Assembly (NCBI GenBank): GCA_032718475.1
Contig: JAUCBJ010003208.1
Coordinates: 1 to 62,680 of the forward strand
DNA: 62,680 nucleotides
Reading direction: 5' to 3'
Source of the DNA: Nemertoderma westbladi
Taxonomy: Eukaryota; Animalia; Xenacoelomorpha
The position numbers were made by a program, and so were the translations under genes. The first letter of the stretch is position 1; the number at the start of each line of letters is the position of its first letter. Positions 14,456-26,033 of the stretch are shown piece by piece. Below the pieces are notes generated by a model, which saw nothing but the letters and a program-made list of their open reading frames with translations, ran no database searches and was not told the origin of the DNA.

Positions 14456-14535
14456 TTAAGACTCCTAGAAGAACTGCTGATGTTATCCGAATTGCGAGAA
14501 GAATTTTGGAACTCGGAGTACTGGGAAGGATGCAT
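14456..14535 (-). CDS. KMT2E: KMT2E/MLL5-like first coding exon
   Basis: ATG at 14535 gives MHPSQYSEFQNSSRNSDNISSSSRSL, then AA|GTGAGT. Phase 2 matches exon 2. Confidence 0.7.
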
Positions 14536-14879
14536 CGTCAATTCATATTGTAGTGGAATATATAACGATAGTTTTCGTCTTATAGTTCGATAATTAATAA
14601 TGTAGATAGAAGACTTTAAAATAATTAAACACAGCGAATTAAATGACAATTTGAAACGGAAACACCATTAACCTCATAATTAATTAAATGTCTTATAGAT
14701 TTGTATACGGTAACTGTCTGAATGTAGGCCTACTAAGTAAATGAATATATATATACACATATGTCATATATTATAGGCTACGGTATTCAAATAATTTAAT
14801 CAGGGTGCACTTCGTGTCCCTGCTAAAATAAATTTCTAACTACTAACTAACGGTTGAACATATAGGAACATGTTGTTTC

Positions 14880-15275
14880 GGGGCCGTCCAAGTATGACGT
14901 CTGCACTTTTCCCCAAAATGTTGACGCCCTCCCTCCCCTAAATCAGATGTCATCAGATAGGAGTTGACCCCCCCCCCCCCCCCCCCCCCCTCTCCTAAAT
15001 CAGATTAAAAAAAATTTCGCGTCCTAATCACTGAAACATGGTGACTGGTAACTGAAACAGAAGGTCGTGCTACGGGCCTTCGGGGACTTCTAACAATTAA
15101 AATAGGCAAGCTATTTACTCTTCTGCTATATGGCATATCTCTTCTAGCACCTATAAATGAACATGCTGACGTCAGATTTTGGCTGACCCCCTCCGCTCCC
15201 CTCATCAGCACGTCATCAGATTTTCCCAACCCCCCTCCCCTCCCTAAAGTGCTGACGTCATACTTGGACGGCCCC
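14880..15275. mobile_element. PIF/Harbinger-like MITE just upstream of the KMT2E start
   Basis: ~30-bp TIR GGGGCCGTCCAAGTATGACGTC(T/A)GCACTTT with a 3-bp TSD TTC. Confidence 0.85.
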
Positions 15276-15669
15276 TTCTCTGTTAAAATTAATTTTAATT
15301 GCTTGATATTGGACTGTCAAAAATATACTTCGTTCATCCCAAGATTATATTTAAGAGACCGGATCATGCTGAGCTGAACATGGTTGTTTAAAATGCGTTC
15401 CTACTGTCCTATTACTTGATTTAATTATCTGATTATATATAGATTATAGACCTTATATTGAAACATCCCACCCCACGCATACAGTATTTAAACATTAAAA
15501 TGAGAGCATAGCGAGCAAGGAAATTTTCCATAAATGTTAACATTAATACAATACAGTACAGCAGTAAGTAGGTCAACAACTGACCTACCCTACATTCACA
15601 CTACAGCACTATGTTTGTAATTGTTTTAATATGTATCAGTGTATAGGCAGATAGGCCTAGGCTGCTAGA

Positions 15670-15950
15670 AGTAAAGTAAAAGTAAATTTTCTTCGGCCAC
15701 TAGGCCAGGGATTACGCACAAAGTCTGACGACTTATTTCCAGTGCGGCCCCCCCAGAACTTTACTCCCCAGAGGAAACTCCAGTACTCATTTAGCTACCA
15801 CTTAAGGATGCAAGGTAGAGATGCGCCCTGGCTGCCTGGCTGGTCCCTTTAAAGCGTTCGAGCCGAAACGAAAACTGCCCTGGCCCAAGTGAGGATCGAA
15901 ACCACGACCTACGGGAGATGTGAATTCAATGCAACCACTACACCAAGGTG
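15670..15950 (-). mobile_element. tRNA-derived SINE
   Basis: Minus-strand A box TGGTGTAGTGG, B box GGTTTCGATCC and (TTTAC)n tail. Degenerate TSD CCTAGGCTGCTAG/CCTAGAGCTGTAG. Inserted into a ~110-bp tandem duplication (15590-16155). Confidence 0.75.
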
Positions 15951-17001
15951 GAACCTAGAGCTGTAGAGGGATTAAATAAATGTATTAAATACAATTATAC
16001 ATTTGTTGTCGGTCTGTTGGACATTCACACTGCCACACTATGTTTGTAATTGTTTTAATATGTATAGGGCTAGACTGCTAGAGGGACTAAATAATGTATT
16101 AAACAATTATACATTTGTTGTCGGTCTGTCGGACATTCAGACTGCCACACTATCTTTGCAGTGTCAGGCAGCAGGGTAAAATGAATATTGATTGATACAT
16201 TTCCTTCTAATGTTCATTTTACCCCACCACTGCAGTGATTCGTGATGCGGTGTAAAGTGAAAGTGAACATTTTGGGTACCGGTACCGGTAATTAAAAAAA
16301 AACATATGCTATGCTGCTGGCATCCTACCCTCCATTGATAGGCCTAATCAATTATTATATTTGTTTAGTAAAAGGTCAAAGGTTATTAGCTAACTGCATA
16401 TTCTGATATTGGCTATAGGTTTTCAACAATTATCTTGCAATAAACTTTCCCATAGCTTCAATTTTAATTGGTTGGTTCACTTTAACCCCAGCACCCAGCA
16501 TAGTTCACATTGCCCGAAAGGTGGGGTAAAGTCAGAAAGTGGACCATCAGACAGTCAGAATCACATTACAAAGACGGCTGGCAAACAATTATAAACTCAA
16601 CAAGAAATGTCAGTTGTTTGATTTAACTGGGAAGGGGAATAGCAGACATTCTGACATTAGGCCTATTACTGTATTATCAATGAAATATCAACTTATAACA
16701 AATCAAGTACAGAAGTAAAAATTTAAATTACATAGGCCTACATATGTATAATATGTATGTACCAGTATTTGGGTGTATTTGATGTACCGCGTACCGGCTA
16801 CGGTACTTCTACTGCTTTCAGAAATAGCCTAAGAAGACAGTAATAATCTAAAATCAGGTACCGGTACCTCAAATGGGATAGTTTCATATTCAATAATATT
16901 TGCTGATATATTTTGAATAATAGCAATACCGGTCAGCCACAGCCGGTGGCCGGTAGCACTTAATATTATTCATTATTATTAACAGTAAAACAGGTAATTT
17001 A

Positions 17002-17620
17002 GGATACATGACCCCACGTAATCACGATCGAATGTAACATAGTTATTTCGTATCGAACGTAACTGCAATTATGTTACATTGGATCCTATAACTATGTTAC
17101 ATTCGATCTACAAATTACTAAGCTCGAATGTAACATTGCCATTTACAAATTTAAAGGAGCAGGTTACAGACAGACAGACAGACAGAGGCGTGTTGGGGGA
17201 ACCAAAAAAATAAACGAAAGTTAACAGATGTTACAAGATTATGCAGGTTACTTTTATTTAAAGGCTGAAAGGAGCAGGTTATAGAGGCGTGTTGGGGGAA
17301 CCAAAACAATAAACGAAAGTTAATACATGTTACAAGATTGCAGGTCACTTAATTGTGTCTTCTGGTCTTGGGTCTTTGTTTTGTAGGCCAGGCCTACTCA
17401 CTAACACCAAACTGTTTCTTCCTGTAAATAAACGAAGCATTTCATCTGTTAACTCCTGAAATCAAAACACAACTGAAATAAATGTATGTTACATTCGAGC
17501 TTAGTAATCTGTAGATCGAATGTAATATAGTTATAGGATCCAATGTAACATAATTGACTTTACGTTCGATTCGTAAAAACTATGTTACATTCGATCCTGA
17601 TTACGTTCGGTCTGTCACCC
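17002..17620. mobile_element. MULE-like foldback MITE
   Basis: ~120-bp inverted repeats (17016-17136 and 17486-17606) built from ATGTTACATTCG modules. 9-bp TSD GGTAATTTA/GGAAATTTA. Confidence 0.75.
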
Positions 17621-17663
17621 GGAAATTTAAAGTCTCCTAAAGTAACTAAAATAAATAAAAATC

Positions 17664-18281
17664 CGGTCCTACGAATTACCCAAAAAAAACACAAAATTAC
17701 CCAAAAATACACAAAAAAATACAAAAAAAAACAAAAAAATTTACCCAAAAAAACACAATATTACCCAAAAAACTTACCTAAAAAGACAAAAATAATTTAT
17801 ATCCTATAGGGTTGGAAAAATACTGAAATAAGACTGTAACCTGTGTTCTTTGGTTATCGTTTATTGTTTTGGTTAGAATAGCCTGCTACTGTAACCTGCT
17901 CCTTTCTATTAATTAAGAAATCTGATTTTGTATGCTGTCTGGCAGTCTGGGTGGGTAGGCTTACCAGTAAACCAGTGGCAGTAGGTGGTAGGTCATTAAA
18001 GGAATCTTCAAATGAACAAAATGTAATATTTTGAAAAAAGTGAAAATTGAAAACTGAAAAGTGAAACTCTTCATACAATTAACCTAAATCTTATTGTAGA
18101 TACATCTGTACATTGTTTATGAAAAAATTGTCTTGGGTAGTTTTTTTTGGGTAATATTGTGTTTTTTGTGTATTTTTATGTTTTTTTTGTGTAATTTTTT
18201 GTATTTTTTTGTGTTTTTTTGTGTATTTTTGTGTTTTTTTGGGTAATATTATTGTGTTTTTTTGGGTAATTCGTAGGACCC
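17664..18281. mobile_element. MULE/Foldback-like MITE with modular A-rich TIRs
   Basis: TIR GGTCCTACGAATTACCCAAAAAAA... with a perfect 9-bp TSD ATAAAAATC. Confidence 0.85.
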
Positions 18282-18342
18282 ATAAAAATCAACTAAAATA
18301 AATATAAACCAAGATATTGTATAATTTAGGAAAACTGTGATA

Positions 18343-18448
18343 TCCCTATAGGGAAATAAAAACTTCCCTATAGGGAAATAAAAACTTCCCTATAGGCTGA
18401 TAGGGAAATTGAAACTTCCCTATAGGGAAATAAATAAGTTTCCCTATT
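18343..18448. repeat. 22-bp tandem repeat containing the palindrome TTCCCTATAGGGAA
   Basis: About 4.5 direct units. Confidence 0.8.
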
Positions 18449-18849
18449 GCTGTATTTGGCGAATATCCCAGACTGTTCTGCACCAGGCAAATATCAGAAT
18501 ATGTACACCGGGTATGCTCGGCTGATTGCTGCTCCGGCGCCGGGACAATTTCTGCAGCAACGACAGCGGCATATTTCGACGCCCTGACGCCTACAGGCCT
18601 ACGATGGCTAAAACGTCGGTCCTTATCTGATCTGATCTGACGGTATCTGACACTTGTTCCCCTTAGCGTTGTGGTTTATACTATTAGTTTGTACTTATAT
18701 GAACAAAATTATGAAACGAGTCCCCTACCTTAGGTAGGCCTACAATATGTTTCGAGTTTTATAATGCAAATAAAACCAAAACGGTGATTCAGGATAAAAC
18801 ACGGACGTAGGCTTAACAGTATTTGGAATCAGTGTTTGTAAATGCGGCC

Positions 18850-19618
18850 ATGTGTTGTTTCACCGGATTCCACTCCCCAGACTGCCAGATTAGGCTACCT
18901 GTAATCTAAATCAACCAATGCATTTTATCAAATCTTGTCATAATTAGACTGCTAGAAACAGGGTGTAGCGGCCCACTGACATATGGAACTGATATATGGA
19001 GATCTTCGTAAAGAGAAGGATTAGCCACATTCTCATATTTGTGTTCCATATGCTGATATGGATATAAGTATATGGGTAAGATAGAGGTCTTCCTTAAACA
19101 ACAGTTCCTTTCCGATATGTATGTCTGCACTGAGACCCATTTAGGGAACCATCTCTCTCTAACCCACTGTCTTGGACCGAACTCCCAACTGTTCAGGTGG
19201 TCTCAGTTGACTGAAATTGTTGCTGTTGTCAAGCGGGGCGACAAGGATCAGATCTGCACTCCTAAATAAGGCACCAGAGTTTGTCGACTTAGTGATTGCA
19301 CTCGACAACGGAGCGGTGAAGCGCCATTGCCTACTGGCATTTATTTCCAACCAGCTGCGATTGCATGTGTCCAAGTCTTTTGGTCAGTCAGACTACCTTT
19401 TGGCTGCGCAGGTGTATCGGAAGCTCGCATACTCTACATTGTGGGATTTAATAATACTTCCATCGGAGCGGAAGATGAGGTCGCTGAAACAATCTATAAC
19501 CAGTGACTTGGTTGTTAAAACTGCTCTGAACAAGTCCAAGTTTAAGGAAGTGATTATTATCATTGATGAAGTGAAGGTAGTTCCTCGATTACTCTACCAA
19601 GGTCACGGTATATTATAA
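18850..19618 (+). pseudogene. Degenerate P-element/THAP9-like transposase fragment
   Basis: YSTLWDLIILPSERKMRSL...EVIIIIDEVKVVPRLLYQGHGI matches the P-element transposase LPSxRT and first-catalytic-Asp DE motifs. A possible THAP-like MCCFTG remnant lies at 18850. Frameshifted and truncated. Confidence 0.75.
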
Positions 19619-19875
19619 ATTGCAGTAATACACTTTTTACAGGTTACTTAGTAAAAGTGTATAAATAAACTCGTTATTTCGTTTTAGATCACTGGTATAG
19701 ATCAGACAGGTCCTACTAAAAACCGCAATTTACCGCAACTAACCACAATTTACCGCAACTAACCGCAATTTACCGCAACTACAGTAATTGCCATTTTTAA
19801 GTGTATTCGTAGTCATTCATATTAGTATAGTCATGACTACTGTCTATGTAGTGTTACGGATAGCGGCACCACTAA

Positions 19876-20620
19876 TCGTTTATTGTTTTGGTTAGAAAAT
19901 CCCGCCTCTGTAACCTGATCCTTTCCCTGATTTGGTAAAGTGACCGTTTATTGTTTTGGTTAGAAAGGCCCGCCTCTGTAACCTGCTCCTTTCCTTCATT
20001 TTGTAAAGTGACTGTTTATTGTTTTGGTTAGAAAATCCCGCCTCTGTAACCTGCCCCTTTCCCTCAATTAGTTAAATGATCGTTTATTGTTTTGGTTAGA
20101 AAATCCCGCCTCTGTAACCTGCTCATTTCCCTCAATTAGTTAAGTGATCGTTTATTTGTTTTGGTTAGAAAATCCCGCCTCTGTAACATGCTCCTTTCCC
20201 TCAATTAGTTAAGTGATCGTTTATTGTTTTGGTTAGAAAATCCCGCCTCTGAAACCTGCTCCTTTCCCTCAATTAGTTAAGTGATCGTTTATTGTTTTGG
20301 TTAAAAATTCCCGCCTCTGTAACCTGCTCCTTTCCCTCAATTAGTTAATTGATCGTTTATTGTTTTGGTTAGAAAAGACCATCTATGTAACCTGCTCCTT
20401 TCCTTGATTTGGTAAAGTGATTGTTTATTGTTTTGGTTAGAAAATCCCGCCTCTGTAACCTGCTCCTTTCCCTGATTTGGTAATGTGACCGTTTATTGTT
20501 TTGGTTAGAAAAGCTAGCCTCTGTAACCTGCTCCTTTCCTTCATTTGGTAAAGTGACTGTTTATTATTGTTTTGGTTGGAAAATCCGGCCTTAACCTGCT
20601 CCTTTCCATCAATTGGTAAT
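19876..20620. repeat. 68-bp tandem repeat x11 of the shared MULE-core motif
   Basis: CGTTTATTGTTTTGGTTAGAAAATCCCGCCTCTGTAACCTGCTCCTTTCCC recurs every ~68 bp. It is preceded at ~19709 by a GGTCCTAC-type left TIR. Confidence 0.93.
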
Positions 20621-21123
20621 TGTTTTTGGCTATAAAATGAGTGTTTTGCTACGTCATGTGGTAATCGATTATCGACAACAACCACAAACTATTAAATTTA
20701 GACTCTTTTACCACAGGCGCATATGGAAATCTATCTCAAAGTCTATAAATCATTGAATTTTGAATGTTTTGGCACAGGCATAGTGAAACCAACTGTCCGA
20801 CAGACCAGAAATCAACAAATTTTGAATGTTTTGGCATAGGCATGTTGAAGTCAACTGACTGACAGTCCAGAAATCATCAGTCTGACAGTTTGAAGAAATA
20901 CATACATAAAAAGTCATTAAAGGACAACAAAAGTCATTAAAGGGACAACAAAAGTCATTATGCACAATTCGTAAAAAAAGGAGGACAAAAAAGTCAAATA
21001 AAAGGACATAAAAAATCACTGCCTATTTAAATCAAAACTGCTGGTGGTAAACTTGTGGTAGCCTTACTGCCTTTGCGGTGTATACGAGAGAGGGCTGTTG
21101 CGCTGTCAGTCAGAGAGGTAACA

Positions 21124-22832
21124 GGGTATAACTTTTGCGTAGAGGTATAGCCTACATAGAGGCTACATGTAGGTATGTGTAGCCTACATGTAGATGCACG
21201 TGTAGGGTGAATGTAGGTAGGTGTAGGTAGGTCTTTAAAAAAACAATGATGAATGAATAGGCCTACACGGGGTACCCGGACCGGAACTTCCTCGATGAGA
21301 TGCGAATGCGGCGAACGGGGGTGGTACCCGGAACAACCACGAAGAGATGCGCATATGGCGGGCGGTGGTACCCGAAACAACCAGGAGATGCGAATACGTC
21401 GAATCGGGGTCCCCTGGATACCCACGAGACGGAGCCTATCAATACTACAGTACTGACAAAGGAAAAAACGACTGAACGATATACCGATACATACTGTAGA
21501 TCTTATGATCCTGCGGGTTCAGGCATATGAAGGCTAATGACTTTGTATGGGTCGAAAGGCCCCAACCTGATGTTTCCAGTCAAGGAGGAATCGACTAACG
21601 GTTAGGGTTAGAGCTCGTCGTCGGTGTCCATGAGGGTCTGATGATGAGTGGGTAATTCAACAAAACGCTAACAATGATACCGGACTGACTGAACCAAGAG
21701 TGGCGATGGTAGTCGCTGATGTATATATATTATATATATCATGTATTGATTGTTAGTAGATATTTTTTTAAATTGTCTTCAATGTCTATATTGATAATAT
21801 TGTGTGCTGATTTTACTTATTTTCCATTTTATAAATCTTGCTGTGGCCGTTTTAATCTACTATAAACTGCCGTATCAATTTCATGATATTTTAATGGATA
21901 TGCAATTTAACTTCTTCTTTCTATTAACTTTCAATGCAATCAAATATAACTGTAAAGCTATTGACTTTCGTGTTATTGTTTTGCTGTTACTTCGAGATGG
22001 GATTTGAATCCCATCGGATTACTGATTAATTCCCATCATCGAGATGGGAATACTTTATAATGAAACAGTGTGGTGGTCCGCGGGATAGTGGGAAGGGATG
22101 GGACTGTTGCTGGATGGTGGAATGTGACTGCCTGAAAAATTAAAACAAACAAAACTTCCAGACTTCTATATTTTTACTTTCAAAACAAAACGTCCAAAAC
22201 ATTTCAATGCTGAAGCACTGTTCAAGTCCCATGGATGTATGGTTGATAAACATATAAAGAGGGGCAGAGGGGGGTCAGGGTTTCTGGTAGACTATAATCC
22301 CCGCGATGATGGCTGTTTGTTTAGGTTACTCTTACTCGATAAACATATAAATCAGAACGAGTTAATCTAATGGAACGATGCCTTTCGTGGCGTTAGCATA
22401 CTCAAATTTATTAGGGCCTAATATTTATGACGAGTAAGGGACTTTAGTATAATCAGAACGCGATGTTTGATATTTATACAGTACTGCAGCAGTATGCAGT
22501 AAAACCTGTTGTCTGACAGCAGACATGTCTGCAGGTTGATGTACCGTATTGTACCGTGGAGATCAGAGATTGTTGCCATACATCCTGATTGACGACCGTG
22601 TATCACGTTACTGCAAGTTGACACATAAATTACATTAATATCTATGGGACTACACCTACCTACAGACCTACATTCACCCTACACGTGCATCGACATGTAG
22701 GCTACACCTACCTTCATGTAGCCTCTATCTGTCTATATAGGCTATACCTCTACGCAAAAGATATACCCGGGTAAATCTTTTCGACCTACGCGTAGGCCTA
22801 CGCGTAGGTCGAAAAGATTTACCCATATACCC
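21124..22832. mobile_element. MULE-like non-autonomous element
   Basis: ~110-bp TIRs GGGTATAACTTTTGCGTAGAGG... and a perfect 9-bp TSD GAGGTAACA. An uninterrupted copy of the target repeat is present on the - strand at 25733-25793. Confidence 0.88.
22769..22824. mobile_element. 56-bp perfect palindromic mini-element with an 8-bp direct-repeat flank
   Basis: GGGTAAATCTTTTCGACCTACGCGTAGG|CCTACGCGTAGGTCGAAAAGATTTACCC, flanked by ATATACCC on both sides. Confidence 0.8.
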
Positions 22833-23345
22833 GAGGTAACAGCCCGTGGGGTAAGGATTTACCTCTGGGACCTGTATTAGGCAAAATAGCAGTAGCTGTG
22901 TAGGCCCACCAGTACTGTGCACGGTACATGACCCGAAATTTAGCCTACATCTGTAAATAATACACGGTTTCGTGGTACAAGACCATATGTAAAATGCTCG
23001 CGTGAGTTCAGGAGTTGCACAGATGTCAGGATGTGCTGATTCTATATCATGCACTAGGCCTAACGGATTCTGGTAGCCTGGAACTAGACCACTACAAAAA
23101 CTGATGCGACAGAGCGAGGTGCCGTTAGCTTAACATTTCTTGGCGGCTGGTCCGATAACACTCAACGCATTGTTTGGTTGGACATTGACATTATTGCAGA
23201 ACAGTGTACATTATTACATACTGATTAGTATGGATTGAGAAATTGGATATATTTGGACGTCAATGGATGGATAGGTTTGGTTTGAGAAACTAATATCACG
23301 TAGGCCTACCTAATCCTGTAATCATATCTTTGCGTTAATTATTAC

Positions 23346-23680
23346 TAGATCCACTGGCCCCCAGCCACCTTCAACAAACCATCATTGCTGGGGGGCACTC
23401 AGCTGAGGGGGCGGAGCGCATTAAAAACTCTAAGTATCGCGACCTAATGGACCGGGCCATTTCTTTCACCCCGTGGCCTTTGAGACCTTTGGCCGCCCTG
23501 GTCCAGAGACATCCACCTTCCTCCGGGAGATCGGGGCTCGTCTCCACAGTGCCACCCACGAACCGCGGTCACACCAGTTTCTGCTCCAGCGTCTGGAGAT
23601 GGCAATTTTGGTTGGTATTGCAGCCTCAGTCATGGGGACAGCAACCACGCCGACCATCGGTCTATTCGGGCACTGAAGAG
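23346..23680 (+). pseudogene. 3' fragment of a CRE-clade non-LTR retrotransposon (REL endonuclease C-terminus)
   Basis: DPLAPSHL...AERIKNSKYRDL / FETFGRPGPETSTFLREIGARL...EPRSHQFLLQRLEMAILVGIAASVMGT matches the CRE-type C-terminal pattern. One frameshift near 23460. Confidence 0.8.
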
Positions 23681-24736
23681 CCGAAACCAATCGAAACTGT
23701 CGAAATGGTTGCCAATGGAGTCACCAACGGGATGACGGCCGAAGATATTCAATACTCTATCTTATGCAATCTCAAATATTCAATGTTCGATCCCTAGATG
23801 GGGCAGTACTGTTTGGGCACAGTGCTTTAAATGCTGCAGCCTAGCCCAACCCCGGCTTTCATCCTTCAGTGGTCGATTGGGAACCAAGGCAACTTGGGAA
23901 ACAGAGTGGAAGAAGGGTTTACTGTGGAAGATCACCCATGGTGGTGAACAGGCATTCCTTGGCTTAACGAGCCTAAAAGATTCTCCCATTCAAATATTCA
24001 ATTCGGTACTGTACCCTCAATTCAATATTCAATCTTAGTATTATTTCTGTGCTTCGTTATTTAATAATGTGATTAGATAAAAAAATAAATTAATGAAATA
24101 TAATTCATCTGTTAATTATTACAAAAAAAAAATCCAACATTATATTAACATTTATATAGTTTTGAATTAAATGTTTCGAAATCAACAGTCATTCAATGAA
24201 CTTATAGAGCAGTGTCATATATCGCGTATCCCTTGGTTTAATCACTATTCTTTATTCAAGTATAACTGAATCCTGGCCCACCGCCTTCACCCTCCACTGA
24301 TAATTTAAAATCGTAACTCATTCAATCTTTGACTAAATTATACCAAACTTGGTAAACATGTAATCTTTGTCTATCGGCTAAAATAAACACAACTTGCTAA
24401 AGTTTCCCCTATAATGTTTTTTCCTATAGAACAGGATGCAGTTTTATTTTAGTAGTAAACAAGCTGTTCTTTGCGTCGATTTTCACCTGGAGAGGGAAGA
24501 ATATTGATTGCGCCCCCCCCCCCCCCCCCCCCCCCCTACCTGCAGTTAAGTGAAAATATTTCGGCACCATTTAATTTTATTATCACGGTCGCGCATCAAG
24601 TAGTCTGTCAAATCAAATCAAAACATAACAAAATTAATTATAATAATTATAAAAAAAATATAAGGCATATTTTCCTAAAGTTAGCTCTTTAGTCTTTAGG
24701 TAGCAATCTTATACATTGACATATACATAAAATTGA

Positions 24737-25138
24737 TCAAGTTAATCTCACAAACCAGTCTAGTCTAACTTTACAGTAGCCTTGTTCGCATTGTTCCAGG
24801 TTTAGGCCTATAGATTCCACCGTCTTCGTTCCAGGTTTAATACTGTAATAGACTCCGTTATCCGTCTCGATCGCTTCGCTATGCACCATCTTACTGGGTT
24901 TAATAAACTCCATCGCCTTCCTGTCGTTCTCTGTTTTGTACATTACTTCGCCACCGTCTGATCGCTTTGGTTGCGTGTTTAACTGTTTAATACTGTAATA
25001 GACTCCGTCGCCATCGTATCGTTCTGGATACATTGAATAGACTCCATAGTCCATCGCGATTGTTTCATTGTTTACGTGTAATTGACTCCGTCGCCTCCTC
25101 GGATTAGGAATCCGGCCGGGTTTCGTAGATTTCGCCAT
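24737..25138 (-). CDS. Orphan ORF or exon (133 aa) with a repeated GVYYSIK motif
   Basis: Good Kozak context (ACGATGG), higher GC than the flanks, and an internal duplication. No family recognised. Confidence 0.4.
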   Translation of the reverse strand: MAKSTKPGRIPNPRRRRSQLHVNNETIAMDYGVYSMYPERYDGDGVYYSIKQLNTQPKRSDGGEVMYKTENDRKAMEFIKPSKMVHSEAIETDNGVYYSIKPGTKTVESIGLNLEQCEQGYCKVRLDWFVRLT

Positions 25139-25975
25139 CGTTCAGCAGTTCAGTGTTTTTAATCAAAGCCAGAATTCCGGCACCGGTACCACGATCAACG
25201 ATTTCGGAAGTAACAGACTCCGTCAACAACACTCGGCTGCTCGGGGTTTAAAAAATACAACTATCGGGCAACTTTTATTGTGCTCAATTTAATTTTAATT
25301 GATTTTTTGTGCTGTACATCAATTTAGTTAGTTTAATAGTTATTTCAGAGTTTTTAGTTTTTTTAATAGATATTTTTTACATATGGGATGTATCTGTAAA
25401 TTTAATGTTTTAGAAATAGTAAAATTCAAAAGATATTCATAATTACAAATGTAGTTAAATAGGTAAATATTTTACAAAAACTTTAATAAAATATCTTGAA
25501 GTGCAGTAACTCGAAAAATATCCAATCTTTTTAGAAATAGGTATCACTTCTAGATTCGTCACAAAATTTAAGTTCGAAAACAGTTGTTAAAAAGGATTTT
25601 CCGTGCAATAATCCATGTAGAATGTAGAAACTACAATGGCCTTAAATTTTAAGGCTTCTCAAGGTGGCCTGTTAGGCCGTATATAGTAGGCCATGGTGTG
25701 ACTGTTGGTATCAGACTATCTGATAGTTAGCGCCCCAAGGGTAAATCCTTACCCCATGGGCTGTTACCTCTCTGACTGACAGCGCAACAGCCCCTATAGG
25801 TGTATACTGCGGTAGCGGTAGTTGAGTTATAGCTGTAGGCCTATTGTTGGATTATTTCACTGTTAAGTAGCAATTTACAGTACCACGTAAAAACTTTCTA
25901 AATCCGACGTATTTTGACTTAATTTGTAGTAATGTAATATGCCTATTCCTATTAGTAGATATTAGTTCATCAGTG

Positions 25976-26033
25976 ACTCTATTGGCGCAGTGGTCAGATG
26001 GGTTAAGGTTATGGGTTCAAATCCCGGTCGGGA
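25976..26033 (+). mobile_element. tRNA-derived SINE head remnant
   Basis: A box TGGCGCAGTGG and B box GGTTCAAATCC with a collapsed spacer. Confidence 0.55.

Noticed and set aside
19876-20620. CRISPR-like repeat-spacer appearance (also at 43362-44262)
   Set aside because: The intervening segments are homologous to each other rather than unique spacers. The context is eukaryotic and there are no cas genes.
21600-21612. Telomere-like GTTAGGGTTAG
   Set aside because: Fewer than two full repeats, consistent with chance.
23668-23714. Hammerhead-like CTGAAGA...GAAAC after the CRE fragment
   Set aside because: Stems II and III pair poorly, and the cleavage triplet cannot be placed together with stem I. 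An Infernal search would settle it.
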